From assembly GCA_049518795.1 (NCBI GenBank), contig JBEKRK010000001.1, forward strand, positions 654,477 to 718,476: a DNA stretch of 64,000 nucleotides, read 5' to 3'. Positions 1 through 9,794 of this stretch are shown here, piece after piece; the first letter of the stretch is position 1; each line of letters opens with the position of its first letter. The position numbers and the translations under genes are program-made. Under the pieces are notes generated by a model. That model was not told the origin of the DNA. It saw only the letters and a list, made by a program, of their open reading frames with translations, and made no database searches. This DNA comes from Sedimentisphaerales bacterium. GTDB taxonomy: Bacteria > Planctomycetota > Phycisphaerae > Sedimentisphaerales > UBA12454.

Positions 1-1
1 T

Positions 2-418
2 ATGAGAACATCATCATCGCACGAAGAAGGCTGTGAAAGAATCTGGGGCGTCAAAACGACAAAACTTTCAGGCGCCGAGACCAGCGTAAGCGAACTTCGA
101 GGCTGCCAGGTCGAATGGATAAAAACGCCGAGAGGCTGGAATATCAAAGAGATAGCCGGCACGGAGTTTTCAATAAAGACAGACCTTGTGGTTCTAGCTA
201 TGGGCTTTCTGCACGTCCAACAGGAAGGCCTCGTAAAAAGTCTGCAGCTTAAATTAGATGAAAACGGCAATATCGCTGTAAAGGATTTCCAGACCAGCGA
301 CCCTGCCGTTTTTGCCGCGGGCGATTCGGTGCTCGGCGCTTCGCTGGTGGTAAAGGCAATCGACACCGGAAGAAGAGCGGCCGAACAAATTAACAAATGG
401 ATTATGGACAAAGAATAA
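2..418 (+). CDS. C-terminal fragment of a glutamate synthase small-subunit-like NAD(P)/FAD oxidoreductase (5' end outside window)
   Basis: ORF enters from the window edge. The C-terminal DLVVLAMGF ... FAAGDSVLGASLVVKAIDTGRRAA pattern is typical of GltD-type pyridine-nucleotide oxidoreductases. Confidence 0.6.
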   Translation: MRTSSSHEEGCERIWGVKTTKLSGAETSVSELRGCQVEWIKTPRGWNIKEIAGTEFSIKTDLVVLAMGFLHVQQEGLVKSLQLKLDENGNIAVKDFQTSDPAVFAAGDSVLGASLVVKAIDTGRRAAEQINKWIMDKE

Positions 419-454
419 ATAATCTGTAAAATAGGCTCTAAAACGGAAAATAAA

Positions 455-2092
455 ATGAGCTTAAGAACAGGTCTTGCACAAATAAACACAACCGTCGGGG
501 ACATTACCGCAAATTTGAATAAAATTCGGCAGATGTCCACCCGCGCGCAGCGGGAAGGAGTCGAACTGCTCGTTTTTCCGGAGTTAACTGTCTGCGGCTA
601 TCCACCGGAGGATTTGCTGCTCAAAAAGCACTTTCTCGCGGAAAATAAAAAGGCAGTTCAGAAAATTGCCGAAAGCTGTCCGGATATGACTATGATGGTC
701 GGCTTTGCCGAAGCCGATAACGGAACTTGTTTCAACTCTCTTGCCGTAATTGGCGGCGGTAAAATCATAAAAATTTACCGCAAAGCTCTGCTGCCGAACT
801 ACGGGGTATTCGATGAGAAAAGATATTTCAGCAGCGGCACTGAACCGGCATTAATAAAAATAAAAGACCTGTCCGTAGCCTGCACAATATGTGAAGACAT
901 CTGGGAACTGAAATGGCTGAAAAAATTCCTGTCTCCGGTAGCTGAAAAAAGCCTTATCGTAAATATATCCGCTTCGCCGTTCCACGCGGGAAAAATTAAC
1001 CAAAAACTCGAAATGCTTGAGGATTGCGCCAAGACATTGGGATGCTGTGTCGCATACTGCAATACCATCGGCGGACAGGACGAGCTGGTCTTCGACGGCA
1101 GAAGTATGTTTGTTGATTCGAGCGGCAAACTCGTTACCGGCGCAAAGGCATTCGAAGAAGACCTGCTTATCGCCGATATTGATAAAAACGGACAGATAAA
1201 GGCGGAATCGAAACAGTTAAAGACCGACTATATAGAAGAAATTTATCAGGCTCTTGTGCTTGGAACAAGAGATTACATCAAAAAGAACGGCTTTAAAAAA
1301 GTAATTATCGGTTTAAGCGGCGGAATAGATTCATCGCTTACAGCCTGTTTGGCCGTCGATGCGCTCGGGAAAGAAAACGTCATCGGCGTAACGATGCCGA
1401 CAAGATTTAACGCGGCAGAAACCATAAGCGACGCTGAAAAAACCGCGAAAAACCTCGGTATAGAATTTCACAATATACCCATAGAAAAAATACTGCAAAG
1501 TTTCAATCAGGAAATAGGAAAAATTCCCGGCTGGAATGAAAAAGGTCTTGCTTATGAAAATTTACAGGCAAGAATCAGAGGCACTATCCTGATGTCGATG
1601 AGCAACCAGTTCGGATACCTTGTTTTGACAACAGGCAATAAAAGCGAGACCGCGGTCGGCTATTCAACGCTTTACGGCGATACTGCCGGCGGTTTTGCCG
1701 TAATAAAAGATGTGCCGAAAACGGTTGTTTATCAGTTAAGCGAATACGTAAATAAGATTCAGGGCAAAGAAATCATTCCGCAAAGCGTAATCAAAAGAAT
1801 TCCCACTGCAGAACTCCGCTTCGGACAGAAAGACAGCGATTCGCTGCCGGAATACGATATTCTCGACGGCATATTAAAAGCCTATATCGAAGAAGAAAAA
1901 TCGTTGGCTGAAATTGTCGAAAGCGGTTTCGACGCCCAAACAGCAGCAAAAGTTATAGGAATGGTTGACCGGAACGAATATAAACGGCGTCAATGTCCGC
2001 CGGGGGTCAAGATTACGCCAAAAGCATTCGGAAGGGACAGAAGGATGCCGATTACAAATCACTATCGGCAATCTCCTGATAAAAATAATTAG
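455..2092 (+). CDS. nadE: glutamine-dependent NAD+ synthetase (N-terminal nitrilase/CN-hydrolase domain plus C-terminal NAD synthetase domain)
   Basis: 545 aa. The CN-hydrolase part has the ELTVCGYPPEDL motif; the ATP-pyrophosphatase part has the SGGIDSS P-loop. Confidence 0.9.
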   Translation: MSLRTGLAQINTTVGDITANLNKIRQMSTRAQREGVELLVFPELTVCGYPPEDLLLKKHFLAENKKAVQKIAESCPDMTMMVGFAEADNGTCFNSLAVIGGGKIIKIYRKALLPNYGVFDEKRYFSSGTEPALIKIKDLSVACTICEDIWELKWLKKFLSPVAEKSLIVNISASPFHAGKINQKLEMLEDCAKTLGCCVAYCNTIGGQDELVFDGRSMFVDSSGKLVTGAKAFEEDLLIADIDKNGQIKAESKQLKTDYIEEIYQALVLGTRDYIKKNGFKKVIIGLSGGIDSSLTACLAVDALGKENVIGVTMPTRFNAAETISDAEKTAKNLGIEFHNIPIEKILQSFNQEIGKIPGWNEKGLAYENLQARIRGTILMSMSNQFGYLVLTTGNKSETAVGYSTLYGDTAGGFAVIKDVPKTVVYQLSEYVNKIQGKEIIPQSVIKRIPTAELRFGQKDSDSLPEYDILDGILKAYIEEEKSLAEIVESGFDAQTAAKVIGMVDRNEYKRRQCPPGVKITPKAFGRDRRMPITNHYRQSPDKNN

Positions 2093-2113
2093 ACTACAAC
2101 ACGGATTAAAAAA

Positions 2114-5100
2114 ATGCCCAAAAGAACAGATATCCACAAAATAATGATAATAGGCTCCGGTCCTATAGTAATAGGCCAGGCTTGTGAATTTGACTATTCC
2201 GGCGCCCAGGCCTGCAAGGCCCTGAAAAAAGAAGGTTTCGAGGTCGTGCTGGTCAACAGCAATCCTGCAACTATTATGACCGACCCGGAACTGGCCGACC
2301 GCACCTATATCGAGCCGATTACTCCGGAAATGGTTGAAAAAATCATTAAAAAAGAAAAGCCGGACTGCCTCCTGCCGACACTCGGCGGACAAACCGGACT
2401 TAATACCGCTGTCGCACTTGCGGAAAGCGGCGTCCTGAAAAAATATAATGTCAAACTTATCGGCGCTGATTTGGCCACGATAAAAAAGGCTGAGGAACGC
2501 GACAGATTCAAGAAAATCATTCTCGATATCGGCCTGAAAGTGCCGAAAAGCGGCTACGCCCACAACTGGGAAGAAGCTCAAAAAATTGTCGAGCAGGTCG
2601 GTTTTCCCGCGATTATCCGCCCTTCTTATACATTAGGCGGAACAGGCGGAAACGTCGCTTATAACGCTGAAGAATACAAGGAATTCATATGTTGGGGATT
2701 GAATCTGAGTCCAAAAAGACAGGTGTTGGTTGAAGAATCGGTCCTTGGCTGGAAAGAATATGAACTGGAAGTGATGCGCGACAAAAAAGACAACGTTGTG
2801 ATTGTCTGCTCGATAGAAAATCTTGACCCGATGGGAATCCATACCGGCGACAGCATAACAGTGGCACCTGCTCAGACGCTCACCGACAAGGAATACCAGA
2901 CGATGCGCGATGCGGCGCTGAAAATTATGAGGGCCATCGGCGTCGAAACAGGCGGCTCGAATATCCAGTTTGCCGTTAATCCCGAAACCGGCAAAATGTG
3001 TGTAATCGAAATGAATCCGCGAGTTTCGAGAAGCTCGGCACTTGCCTCAAAGGCTACCGGTTTCCCGATTGCAAAAATCGCCTCGCTGCTGGCCGTAGGT
3101 TTCTCCCTCGATGAAATACCAAACGACATAACCAAAAGGACGCCTGCCTGCTTTGAGCCTACAATCGACTACTGTGTAGTTAAATGGCCAAGATTCACCT
3201 TCGAAAAATTTCCGGCAACAAAACCGGAACTGACTATCCAGATGAAAAGCGTCGGCGAAGCAATGGCAATCGGAAGAACATTTAAGGAGGCATTCCAGAA
3301 GGCAATCCGCTCGCTTGAAATAAACAGATATTCGCTTGATAGAAAACATATCGACTCAACAATCGACAACGACCGGCTCAAACAATTGCTGCGGACCAAC
3401 CGCTGGGACAAAATCTGGTATGTCGCCGAGGCTCTCAGAAGAAAACTGCCGGTGAGTGAAATTTATGAGCTTACAAAAATCGACCCCTGGTTTTTGAACA
3501 ACATAGACCAGATTGTCCAGTTCGAGGACAAAATAAGCATTAAAAATCTCAAACAAGCCAAAAAATTAGGCTTCAGCGATAAATATATAGCGTCAAAATT
3601 GAATATTACCGAGCCGCAGCTTAGAAAACAGCGGGTTACAGATAGAATTTCCGCCGTTTATAAGATTGTCGATACCTGCGGCGCAGAATTTGAGGCAAAT
3701 ACGCCTTATTTGTATTCGACTTATGAAGACCAGTGCGAGGCAAACCCGACAAAGAGAAAAAAAGTCATAATTCTCGGCGGCGGGCCAAACCGAATCGGGC
3801 AGGGAATCGAATTCGACTACTGCTGCTGCCATGCGGCATTTGCACTGAAAGAAATCGGTATCGAATCCATAATGGTCAACTGCAACCCCGAAACGGTAAG
3901 CACGGATTACGACACATCAGACAGACTTTATTTTGAGCCTTTGACTTATGAAGACGTGATGAACATTGTCGAAAAAGAAAAGCCCGACGGCATTATCGTT
4001 CAGTTCGGAGGCCAAACGCCGCTGAAACTTTCAAACGCCCTTTCAAAAGCCGGCGTGAAAATCATCGGCACAAGTCCCGACAGCATCGACGCCGCCGAGG
4101 ACAGAAAACGGTTTAACAAAATAGTCGAAAAATTAAAGCTCAATCAGCCGCCGAGCGGAACAGCTATGAATTATGAGCAGACAGTCAAAATCGCAAAGAA
4201 ATTAGGCTATCCTCTGCTTATACGGCCATCGTTCGTATTGGGCGGAAGAGCGATGCAAATAGTTTATGACGAAACAGAATTGAAAAGCTGCGTCGAAAAC
4301 GCAATAGCCGTTTCGGAGCAGCATCCGATACTCATCGACAAATTCCTCGACGACGCAATGGAACTTGACGTTGACGCAATAAGCGACGGCAAAATTGTCG
4401 TTATCGGCGGAGTTATGGAACATATCGAGGAGGCGGGTATCCATTCGGGCGACAGCGCCTGCTCTCTGCCGCCGTTTTCGTTAAGCCCCGCCTTAATCAA
4501 GGAAATAAAACGGCAGACTAAAATGCTCGCACTGGAACTGAATGTGATAGGCTTGATGAATGTCCAGTTCGCTGTAAAAGACGGCCAGATTTATATACTC
4601 GAAGTCAATCCGCGAGCTTCAAGAACAGTGCCGTTTGTCAGCAAGGCAATCGGCGTGCCGCTGGCCAAGCTGGCCGCGAAGGTTATGGCAGGAAAAACAC
4701 TTAAAGAACTCGGATTCACAGAAGAGGTGCATCGCAGTTACTTTTCCGTTAAGGAAGCGGTATTTCCATTCCTGAAATTCCCCGGCTGCGATACGCTGCT
4801 TGGGCCTGAAATGCTATCGACCGGCGAAGTAATGGGACTGTCAGATGATTTCGGTATCGCTTACGCGAAATCACAAATTGCCGCGGGCAATTCTCTGCCG
4901 ACAAACGGAAATGTTTTTATCAGCGTTAAAGACGCTGATAAGCCAAAGGCTGTTCAAATAGCCAAAAAACTTCACCAGATGGGATTTAAACTCCTCGCTA
5001 CAAAGGGAACCTGTATCGAGTTAATTAAGAACAACGTGCCTTCTGAATTCGTATTGAAAATGGCCGAAGGCAGACCGCACATAGTAGATTTAATTATAAA

Positions 5101-5299
5101 TAATCAGATTGCATTGATTATAAATACTACAATCGGCAAACAAACTATTAAAGATTCGTTTGCGATAAGAAGAACCGCTCTTGACCGCAACATGCCTTAT
5201 ACCACGACAATCAGGGGCGCAGCGGCGGTTACAAAAGCAATCGAATCGCTGAAACAGAAAAAAACTGAAGTTAAGCCAATACAATTGTATTACGGATAA
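2114..5299 (+). CDS. carB: carbamoyl-phosphate synthase large subunit
   Basis: 1061 aa with duplicated ATP-grasp halves ([21 protein letters not shown] and [21 protein letters not shown]) and a C-terminal MGS-like domain. Confidence 0.97.
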   Translation: MPKRTDIHKIMIIGSGPIVIGQACEFDYSGAQACKALKKEGFEVVLVNSNPATIMTDPELADRTYIEPITPEMVEKIIKKEKPDCLLPTLGGQTGLNTAVALAESGVLKKYNVKLIGADLATIKKAEERDRFKKIILDIGLKVPKSGYAHNWEEAQKIVEQVGFPAIIRPSYTLGGTGGNVAYNAEEYKEFICWGLNLSPKRQVLVEESVLGWKEYELEVMRDKKDNVVIVCSIENLDPMGIHTGDSITVAPAQTLTDKEYQTMRDAALKIMRAIGVETGGSNIQFAVNPETGKMCVIEMNPRVSRSSALASKATGFPIAKIASLLAVGFSLDEIPNDITKRTPACFEPTIDYCVVKWPRFTFEKFPATKPELTIQMKSVGEAMAIGRTFKEAFQKAIRSLEINRYSLDRKHIDSTIDNDRLKQLLRTNRWDKIWYVAEALRRKLPVSEIYELTKIDPWFLNNIDQIVQFEDKISIKNLKQAKKLGFSDKYIASKLNITEPQLRKQRVTDRISAVYKIVDTCGAEFEANTPYLYSTYEDQCEANPTKRKKVIILGGGPNRIGQGIEFDYCCCHAAFALKEIGIESIMVNCNPETVSTDYDTSDRLYFEPLTYEDVMNIVEKEKPDGIIVQFGGQTPLKLSNALSKAGVKIIGTSPDSIDAAEDRKRFNKIVEKLKLNQPPSGTAMNYEQTVKIAKKLGYPLLIRPSFVLGGRAMQIVYDETELKSCVENAIAVSEQHPILIDKFLDDAMELDVDAISDGKIVVIGGVMEHIEEAGIHSGDSACSLPPFSLSPALIKEIKRQTKMLALELNVIGLMNVQFAVKDGQIYILEVNPRASRTVPFVSKAIGVPLAKLAAKVMAGKTLKELGFTEEVHRSYFSVKEAVFPFLKFPGCDTLLGPEMLSTGEVMGLSDDFGIAYAKSQIAAGNSLPTNGNVFISVKDADKPKAVQIAKKLHQMGFKLLATKGTCIELIKNNVPSEFVLKMAEGRPHIVDLIINNQIALIINTTIGKQTIKDSFAIRRTALDRNMPYTTTIRGAAAVTKAIESLKQKKTEVKPIQLYYG

Positions 5300-5309
5300 G
5301 GAAATATGA

Positions 5310-5420
5310 ATCCCGCACCTTCTAAATATTCAATTCGGAGGTATGGGATGGTCCTTAAGAATTTAAAGATTTACATAAAAACACATAAAAATTAAAAATG
5401 AATTAAAGAAGGTGCGGGAT
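5310..5420. repeat. inverted-repeat cassette A (111 nt, 14 bp perfect arms) between carB and carA
   Basis: 5310-5323 atcccgcaccttct is the exact reverse complement of 5407-5420 agaaggtgcgggat. Confidence 0.9.
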
Positions 5421-6549
5421 GAAAGGCATATTACTACTCGAAGATGGAACCTGTTTTAAAGGCTGCGGATTCGGAGCCGAAGGCAAAAAGTGCGGCGAAG
5501 TCGTCTTTAATACCGCTATGACCGGCTATCAGGAAATCCTTACAGACCCTTCCTATCACGAACAGATTGTAACTATGACCTATCCTTTAATAGGAAACTA
5601 CGGCACAAATCTGCTCGATGTTGAATCCAATAAACCTTTCCTGAGCGGTTTTGTTGTAAAGGAAAACTGCAATTTTCCAAGCAACTGGAGAAACGACTTA
5701 TCGCTTGATGAATATCTTAAAAAATATAATATCCCCGCTATTGAGGACATCGACACCAGAAAATTGGTTATGCTCCTGCGTCAAACCGGTGCGATGAGAG
5801 GGATTATCTGCACAGATGGAACAAGTATCAAAGAGCTGAAAGGCGAACTTGATAAATACCCCGGCCTTGTTGACAGAGACATTGTGAAAAACGTCTGCAC
5901 AAAAAAGAGCTATATTTGGGACAAACCCGTCGAAAATGAATTCGGCCAGGCTGTCCGACCACAGGCTAAATATAACGTTATAGCCTTTGATTACGGCATA
6001 AAGCAGAATATACTGCGGCTTTTAGTTTCGCACGGCTGTAAAGTTACAGTTGTTCCGCCGCAGACGACCGCTGAGGAAATACTTAAGCAAAAACCCGACG
6101 GCGTATTTTTGAGCAACGGCCCCGGCGACCCCGGTCCTATAAGTTATGCAATCGAAACGATACACAGACTGCTCGGCAAAGTGCCGATATTCGGGATTTG
6201 CCTGGGACATCAGCTTTTGGGTCTTGCAATCGGCGGCAAAAGTTTCAAACTAAAATTCGGCCATCACGGCGCAAACCATCCAGTCAAGAATCTTATTACC
6301 GAGAAAATCGAAATTACCAGTCAGAACCACGGCTTTTGCATCGACCCGGATTCGATTTTAGATAAAGACGTGCAGATTACACATATAAATCTCAATGACA
6401 ACACACTGGAAGGTTTCCGCTGCAAAAATGCCCCTGCTTTTGCCGTTCAATATCACCCCGAAGCATCGCCCGGCCCGCACGATTCTAACTACCTGTTCGA
6501 CGAATTTATCGAACTGATGAATCCCGTTAGAAATCACCTATTGAGATAA
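5419..6549 (+). CDS. carA: carbamoyl-phosphate synthase small (glutaminase) subunit
   Basis: 376 aa. Class-I glutamine amidotransferase motif GICLGHQLL, plus HGANHPV and YHPEASPGPHD. Confidence 0.95.
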   Translation: MKGILLLEDGTCFKGCGFGAEGKKCGEVVFNTAMTGYQEILTDPSYHEQIVTMTYPLIGNYGTNLLDVESNKPFLSGFVVKENCNFPSNWRNDLSLDEYLKKYNIPAIEDIDTRKLVMLLRQTGAMRGIICTDGTSIKELKGELDKYPGLVDRDIVKNVCTKKSYIWDKPVENEFGQAVRPQAKYNVIAFDYGIKQNILRLLVSHGCKVTVVPPQTTAEEILKQKPDGVFLSNGPGDPGPISYAIETIHRLLGKVPIFGICLGHQLLGLAIGGKSFKLKFGHHGANHPVKNLITEKIEITSQNHGFCIDPDSILDKDVQITHINLNDNTLEGFRCKNAPAFAVQYHPEASPGPHDSNYLFDEFIELMNPVRNHLLR

Positions 6550-6620
6550 AATTTAAGGGATAGCTTCTTTTCGAAATATTGTTGCAAAAGGGTTATAATT
6601 GGAAAGATTTCTAACGGGAT
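6521..6620. repeat. inverted-repeat cassette B (100 nt, 15 bp perfect arms) spanning the carA 3' end
   Basis: 6521-6535 atcccgttagaaatc is the exact reverse complement of 6606-6620 gatttctaacgggat. Confidence 0.9.
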
Positions 6621-6702
6621 GAACAAAGAATCGAGAAAATAACAGGATTCTGCGTTCAGGAGATTTGTTGCAATCAATATCTAAAACGATTACTATGAGG
6701 GA

Positions 6703-7416
6703 ATGGGCGAACAGATAAAGCAACAAAAAAGAAGACTGCCAAAAGCAGGAACTATCGAGGTCGCGCCATCAGTTCTAAGCGCGGATTTCGCAAATCTTGC
6801 CGCTGAAATCGCGGATATCGAAAAGGCAGGCGTGAAAATAGTCCACCTCGACGTGATGGACGGCCATTTCGTGCCGAACATAACCTTTGGCCCCCCTGTT
6901 ATTGAAAAGCTGCGAAAATACTCGAACCTCGTTTTCGACGCCCATTTAATGATAAGCGAGCCGGAAAGATACGCCGATGATTTTATAAAGGCAGGCGTTG
7001 ACCATATCACCTTCCATATAGAAGTAGTGCCAAACCCAACAGACTTTATCAAAAAACTCCACGGTTCCGGCATTACGGCAGGATTGTGTCTTAATCCAGA
7101 AACGCCGGTATCGAAAATCGAAAAATACGCTTCACTGGCGGATATGATTCTTGTAATGACGGTCCATCCGGGGTTTGGAGGTCAGCATTTCATTCAGGAC
7201 GCTGCTGAGAAAATAAAGCCTATTCGTCAAATAGTCGGACCGAATATCCGCATTGAGGTTGACGGCGGAATCGACCCGGATACCACTCCTATTGTTACCT
7301 CTCTTGGAGCAGATACGCTCGTAGCAGGCAATGCAATATTCTCAAAGCCCAATCGCGCTGCGGCTATTGAAGCAATCCGAAAAGCTTGTAAACCCCCACA
7401 CCTATTTATATTATGA
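6703..7416 (+). CDS. rpe: ribulose-phosphate 3-epimerase
   Basis: PSVLSADFANL, HLDVMDGHFVPN and VDGGI motifs. SD gaggga lies upstream of the ATG. The last 8 codons lie inside inverted-repeat cassette D. Confidence 0.93.
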   Translation: MGEQIKQQKRRLPKAGTIEVAPSVLSADFANLAAEIADIEKAGVKIVHLDVMDGHFVPNITFGPPVIEKLRKYSNLVFDAHLMISEPERYADDFIKAGVDHITFHIEVVPNPTDFIKKLHGSGITAGLCLNPETPVSKIEKYASLADMILVMTVHPGFGGQHFIQDAAEKIKPIRQIVGPNIRIEVDGGIDPDTTPIVTSLGADTLVAGNAIFSKPNRAAAIEAIRKACKPPHLFIL

Positions 7417-7496
7417 CGTCAAAATGGAAGAAATACCCAAAATTACTTTGGCCGGCTTTAAAAAAAACACAACCAAAGGATAAATAGGTGTGGGGG
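7393..7496. repeat. inverted-repeat cassette D (104 nt, 17 bp perfect arms) spanning the rpe 3' end
   Basis: 7393-7409 cccccacacctatttat is the exact reverse complement of 7480-7496 ataaataggtgtggggg. Confidence 0.9.
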
Positions 7497-7526
7497 TAAA
7501 TAACACTCGATTTTTACAAACAATTC

Positions 7527-7535
7527 TGATATAAT
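7527..7535 (+). promoter_or_regulatory. extended -10 promoter element (TGaTATAAT) upstream of accD
   Basis: TG at 7527-7528 and TATAAT at 7530-7535. No good -35. Confidence 0.4.
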
Positions 7536-7551
7536 CTCCCCTGCTTTAACA

Positions 7552-8424
7552 ATGAGTATGATTAAAACTATGGCTAAAAAACCAAAAGCAAGCTGGGACG
7601 GCTTTAGTCTAAAGCCAAGAAAAGAGATGCCGGAAGGCCTGTGGCTCAAATGCCCCGGATGCGGGAAAACTCTCTTCAAAAAGTCTGTTACAGAAAATAT
7701 GGATGTCTGTCCAGAATGTAACTATCATTTTCGTATTGGAGCAGGCAAAAGGCTCAAATACCTCGTTGACGAAGGCTCCTTTGAAGAGATGCTGGCTGAT
7801 ATGGTTACGGCTGACCCGCTGGATTTCCAATTTCGCGGGACTTCATATAAAGAACGTGCAAAGGAGGCTGAAAAGGCTGCGGCAGGCAAAGAGGCAATGC
7901 TTATCGGCAAGGCATTTATAAAGGGAAGGCCGTTGATGCTCGCTGTAATGGATTTCGACTACTTAGGCGGTTCAATGGGTGCTGTTGTGGGCGAAAAATT
8001 GAGCGTCGCTATTGAAAAGGCAATAGAAGATTCACTGCCTCTTGTTGTAGTAAGCTCGACAGGCGGGGCAAGAATGCACGAAGGCGTTGTTTCGCTTGGT
8101 CAAATGGCAAAGACCAGCGCGGCACTGGCCAAATTAGACGATAGCGGTGGTCTTTTTATATCGGTTTTGACAGACCCGACTACTGGCGGAGTTACGGCAA
8201 GCTATGCGATGTTAGGAGATGTTATTATCGCTGAACCCGGCGCGTTAATAGGTTTTGCCGGGCCGCGAACAATATATGAGACAATTAAGGTCGCATTGCC
8301 TAAAGGTTTTCAAAGGGCTGAATTCCTGCTCGAACACGGCTTTGTCGATTCGATTGTCCACCGCAAAGACTTAAGAAGCGAGATAGCCCGCCTGATAGAC
8401 TACTGCGGTAAAAATCCAACGTAA
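7552..8424 (+). CDS. accD: acetyl-CoA carboxylase carboxyltransferase beta subunit
   Basis: N-terminal Zn ribbon CPGCGKTL...CPECNYH followed by a carboxyltransferase domain (GGSMG, GGARMHEG). Confidence 0.93.
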   Translation: MSMIKTMAKKPKASWDGFSLKPRKEMPEGLWLKCPGCGKTLFKKSVTENMDVCPECNYHFRIGAGKRLKYLVDEGSFEEMLADMVTADPLDFQFRGTSYKERAKEAEKAAAGKEAMLIGKAFIKGRPLMLAVMDFDYLGGSMGAVVGEKLSVAIEKAIEDSLPLVVVSSTGGARMHEGVVSLGQMAKTSAALAKLDDSGGLFISVLTDPTTGGVTASYAMLGDVIIAEPGALIGFAGPRTIYETIKVALPKGFQRAEFLLEHGFVDSIVHRKDLRSEIARLIDYCGKNPT

Positions 8425-8434
8425 AAATCATACT

Positions 8435-8462
8435 TTGCAATCCACATTTTTCTGCGTATAAT
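8435..8462 (+). promoter_or_regulatory. sigma70-type promoter TTGCAA-N16-TATAAT directly upstream of hisC (near-leaderless)
   Basis: -35 at 8435-8440 and -10 at 8457-8462. The hisC ATG is at 8473 with no SD in between. Confidence 0.55.
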
Positions 8463-8472
8463 CCAAACCATT

Positions 8473-9531
8473 ATGGGTTATTTCCGTGAAAATATCGAAA
8501 AAATGGCAGGCTATGAGCCGGGATTTCAGCCAAAAGAAGCCGATGTAGTCAAGCTCAATACCAATGAAAATCCATACCCGCCAAGTCCAAAAGCAATCGA
8601 AACAATAAGGAATATAAACCCAGACCAGCTAAGAAGATACCCTCAGTCAATGGCCGATACCTTCAGAGAGGCTGTTGCTGAAATTTTAGACGTTGAATGC
8701 GAAAATATTATCTGCACCAACGGCGGCGATGAATTATTAAATATGACAATCAGGGCTTGTTGCGATGAAAACCGGCCGCTTGCGTATCCGACGCCGAGCT
8801 ATACGCTTTATCCAGTGCTGGCTCAAATCGCAAATGCCCCTGTAATTGAAATTCCATTCGACAGCGAATTTAATCTGCCTGCGAAACTCGCTTCAAGCGG
8901 CGCGGCATTGACAATCGTCTGCAATCCAAACGCACCAAGCGGAACATTCACACCAAAAGAAGAACTGGCGCAGCTTGCCGAGGAATTAAAAGGACTGCTT
9001 CTGATTGATGAGGCTTATGTAGATTTCGCAGAGGACAACTGCCTTGAGCTTGTCCAAAAATTCGACAATGTGATTATCCTCCGCTCGATGAGCAAGGGCT
9101 ATTCGCTGGCAGGACTTCGATTCGGGTTCGGCATAGCAAACGAAAAAATAATTAAAGGTCTTGAAAAGGTAAAAGATTCTTATAATGCAGATGCTGTTTC
9201 AATAGCGGCAGCCACAGCGGCAATACAAGACCAGCAGTATTTTAAAAATAATGTTCAGAAAATAAAAATTGAAAGAAAATTCCTGACTGAAAAATTAACG
9301 GAATTAGGTTTTGAGGTGCCTGCCAGCCAGGCAAATTTCGTATTCGCAAAGCCTGCGAAAATCAGGGCTATCGATGTCTATGGGAAACTTAAGGACAGAA
9401 ATATATATGTCCGATACTGGGCTTATCCGGATATAAACGATAAGCTCAGAATTACAGTCGGAACAGGTGAGCAAAATGAAAAACTCATAGGCGCATTAAA
9501 AGAAATCGTAACCGCGGATTTCACAGATTAA
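8473..9531 (+). CDS. hisC: histidinol-phosphate aminotransferase
   Basis: 352 aa class-II aminotransferase: LNTNENPYPPSP, and SMSKGYSLAGLRFG with the PLP lysine. Confidence 0.9.
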   Translation: MGYFRENIEKMAGYEPGFQPKEADVVKLNTNENPYPPSPKAIETIRNINPDQLRRYPQSMADTFREAVAEILDVECENIICTNGGDELLNMTIRACCDENRPLAYPTPSYTLYPVLAQIANAPVIEIPFDSEFNLPAKLASSGAALTIVCNPNAPSGTFTPKEELAQLAEELKGLLLIDEAYVDFAEDNCLELVQKFDNVIILRSMSKGYSLAGLRFGFGIANEKIIKGLEKVKDSYNADAVSIAAATAAIQDQQYFKNNVQKIKIERKFLTEKLTELGFEVPASQANFVFAKPAKIRAIDVYGKLKDRNIYVRYWAYPDINDKLRITVGTGEQNEKLIGALKEIVTADFTD

Positions 9532-9716
9532 CGCGGATTAAATTTGTCTATGTTTTGTGTCTTGCCTGCCCCAGCAAGTTTTTGGCAGGGGTTTCTTACG
9601 AAAAATGTTCTTAGCAACCACCAATCTATGAGTTTTTCGGCTATCTTGGACACCAACTTTGGAATATTTTAAAAAAATTCAATACGGATTCTCGCCATCT
9701 CGCCACGAAAAAATTG

Positions 9717-9745
9717 TTGACTCCTTCATTATTCAATAATATAAT
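9717..9745 (+). promoter_or_regulatory. consensus sigma70 promoter TTGACT-N17-TATAAT for the hisC/hisB insert
   Basis: -35 at 9717-9722 and -10 at 9740-9745, about 50 nt upstream of the ATG at 9795. Confidence 0.65.
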
Positions 9746-9794
9746 ACTTATTCAAAGCCGGAAGAAGGAATTTTGTATCGTAAGGGAAATAAGT

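Noticed and set aside
1874-2581. 235-aa minus-strand ORF
   Set aside because: It is antisense to the nadE 3' end and the carB 5' end, both of which have unambiguous conserved motifs. Typical shadow ORF.
9554-9590. Possible rho-independent terminator after hisC (cctgcc ... ggcagg)
   Set aside because: It has only a 6 bp stem with a 13-nt loop and a poor T-tract. Not convincing.
9714-9794. Longer N-terminal extension of the first hisC/hisB-insert gene (track start 9714)
   Set aside because: A consensus TTGACT-N17-TATAAT promoter lies inside this extension, so transcription probably starts downstream of 9714. The ATG at 9795 has an SD-like aaggga.
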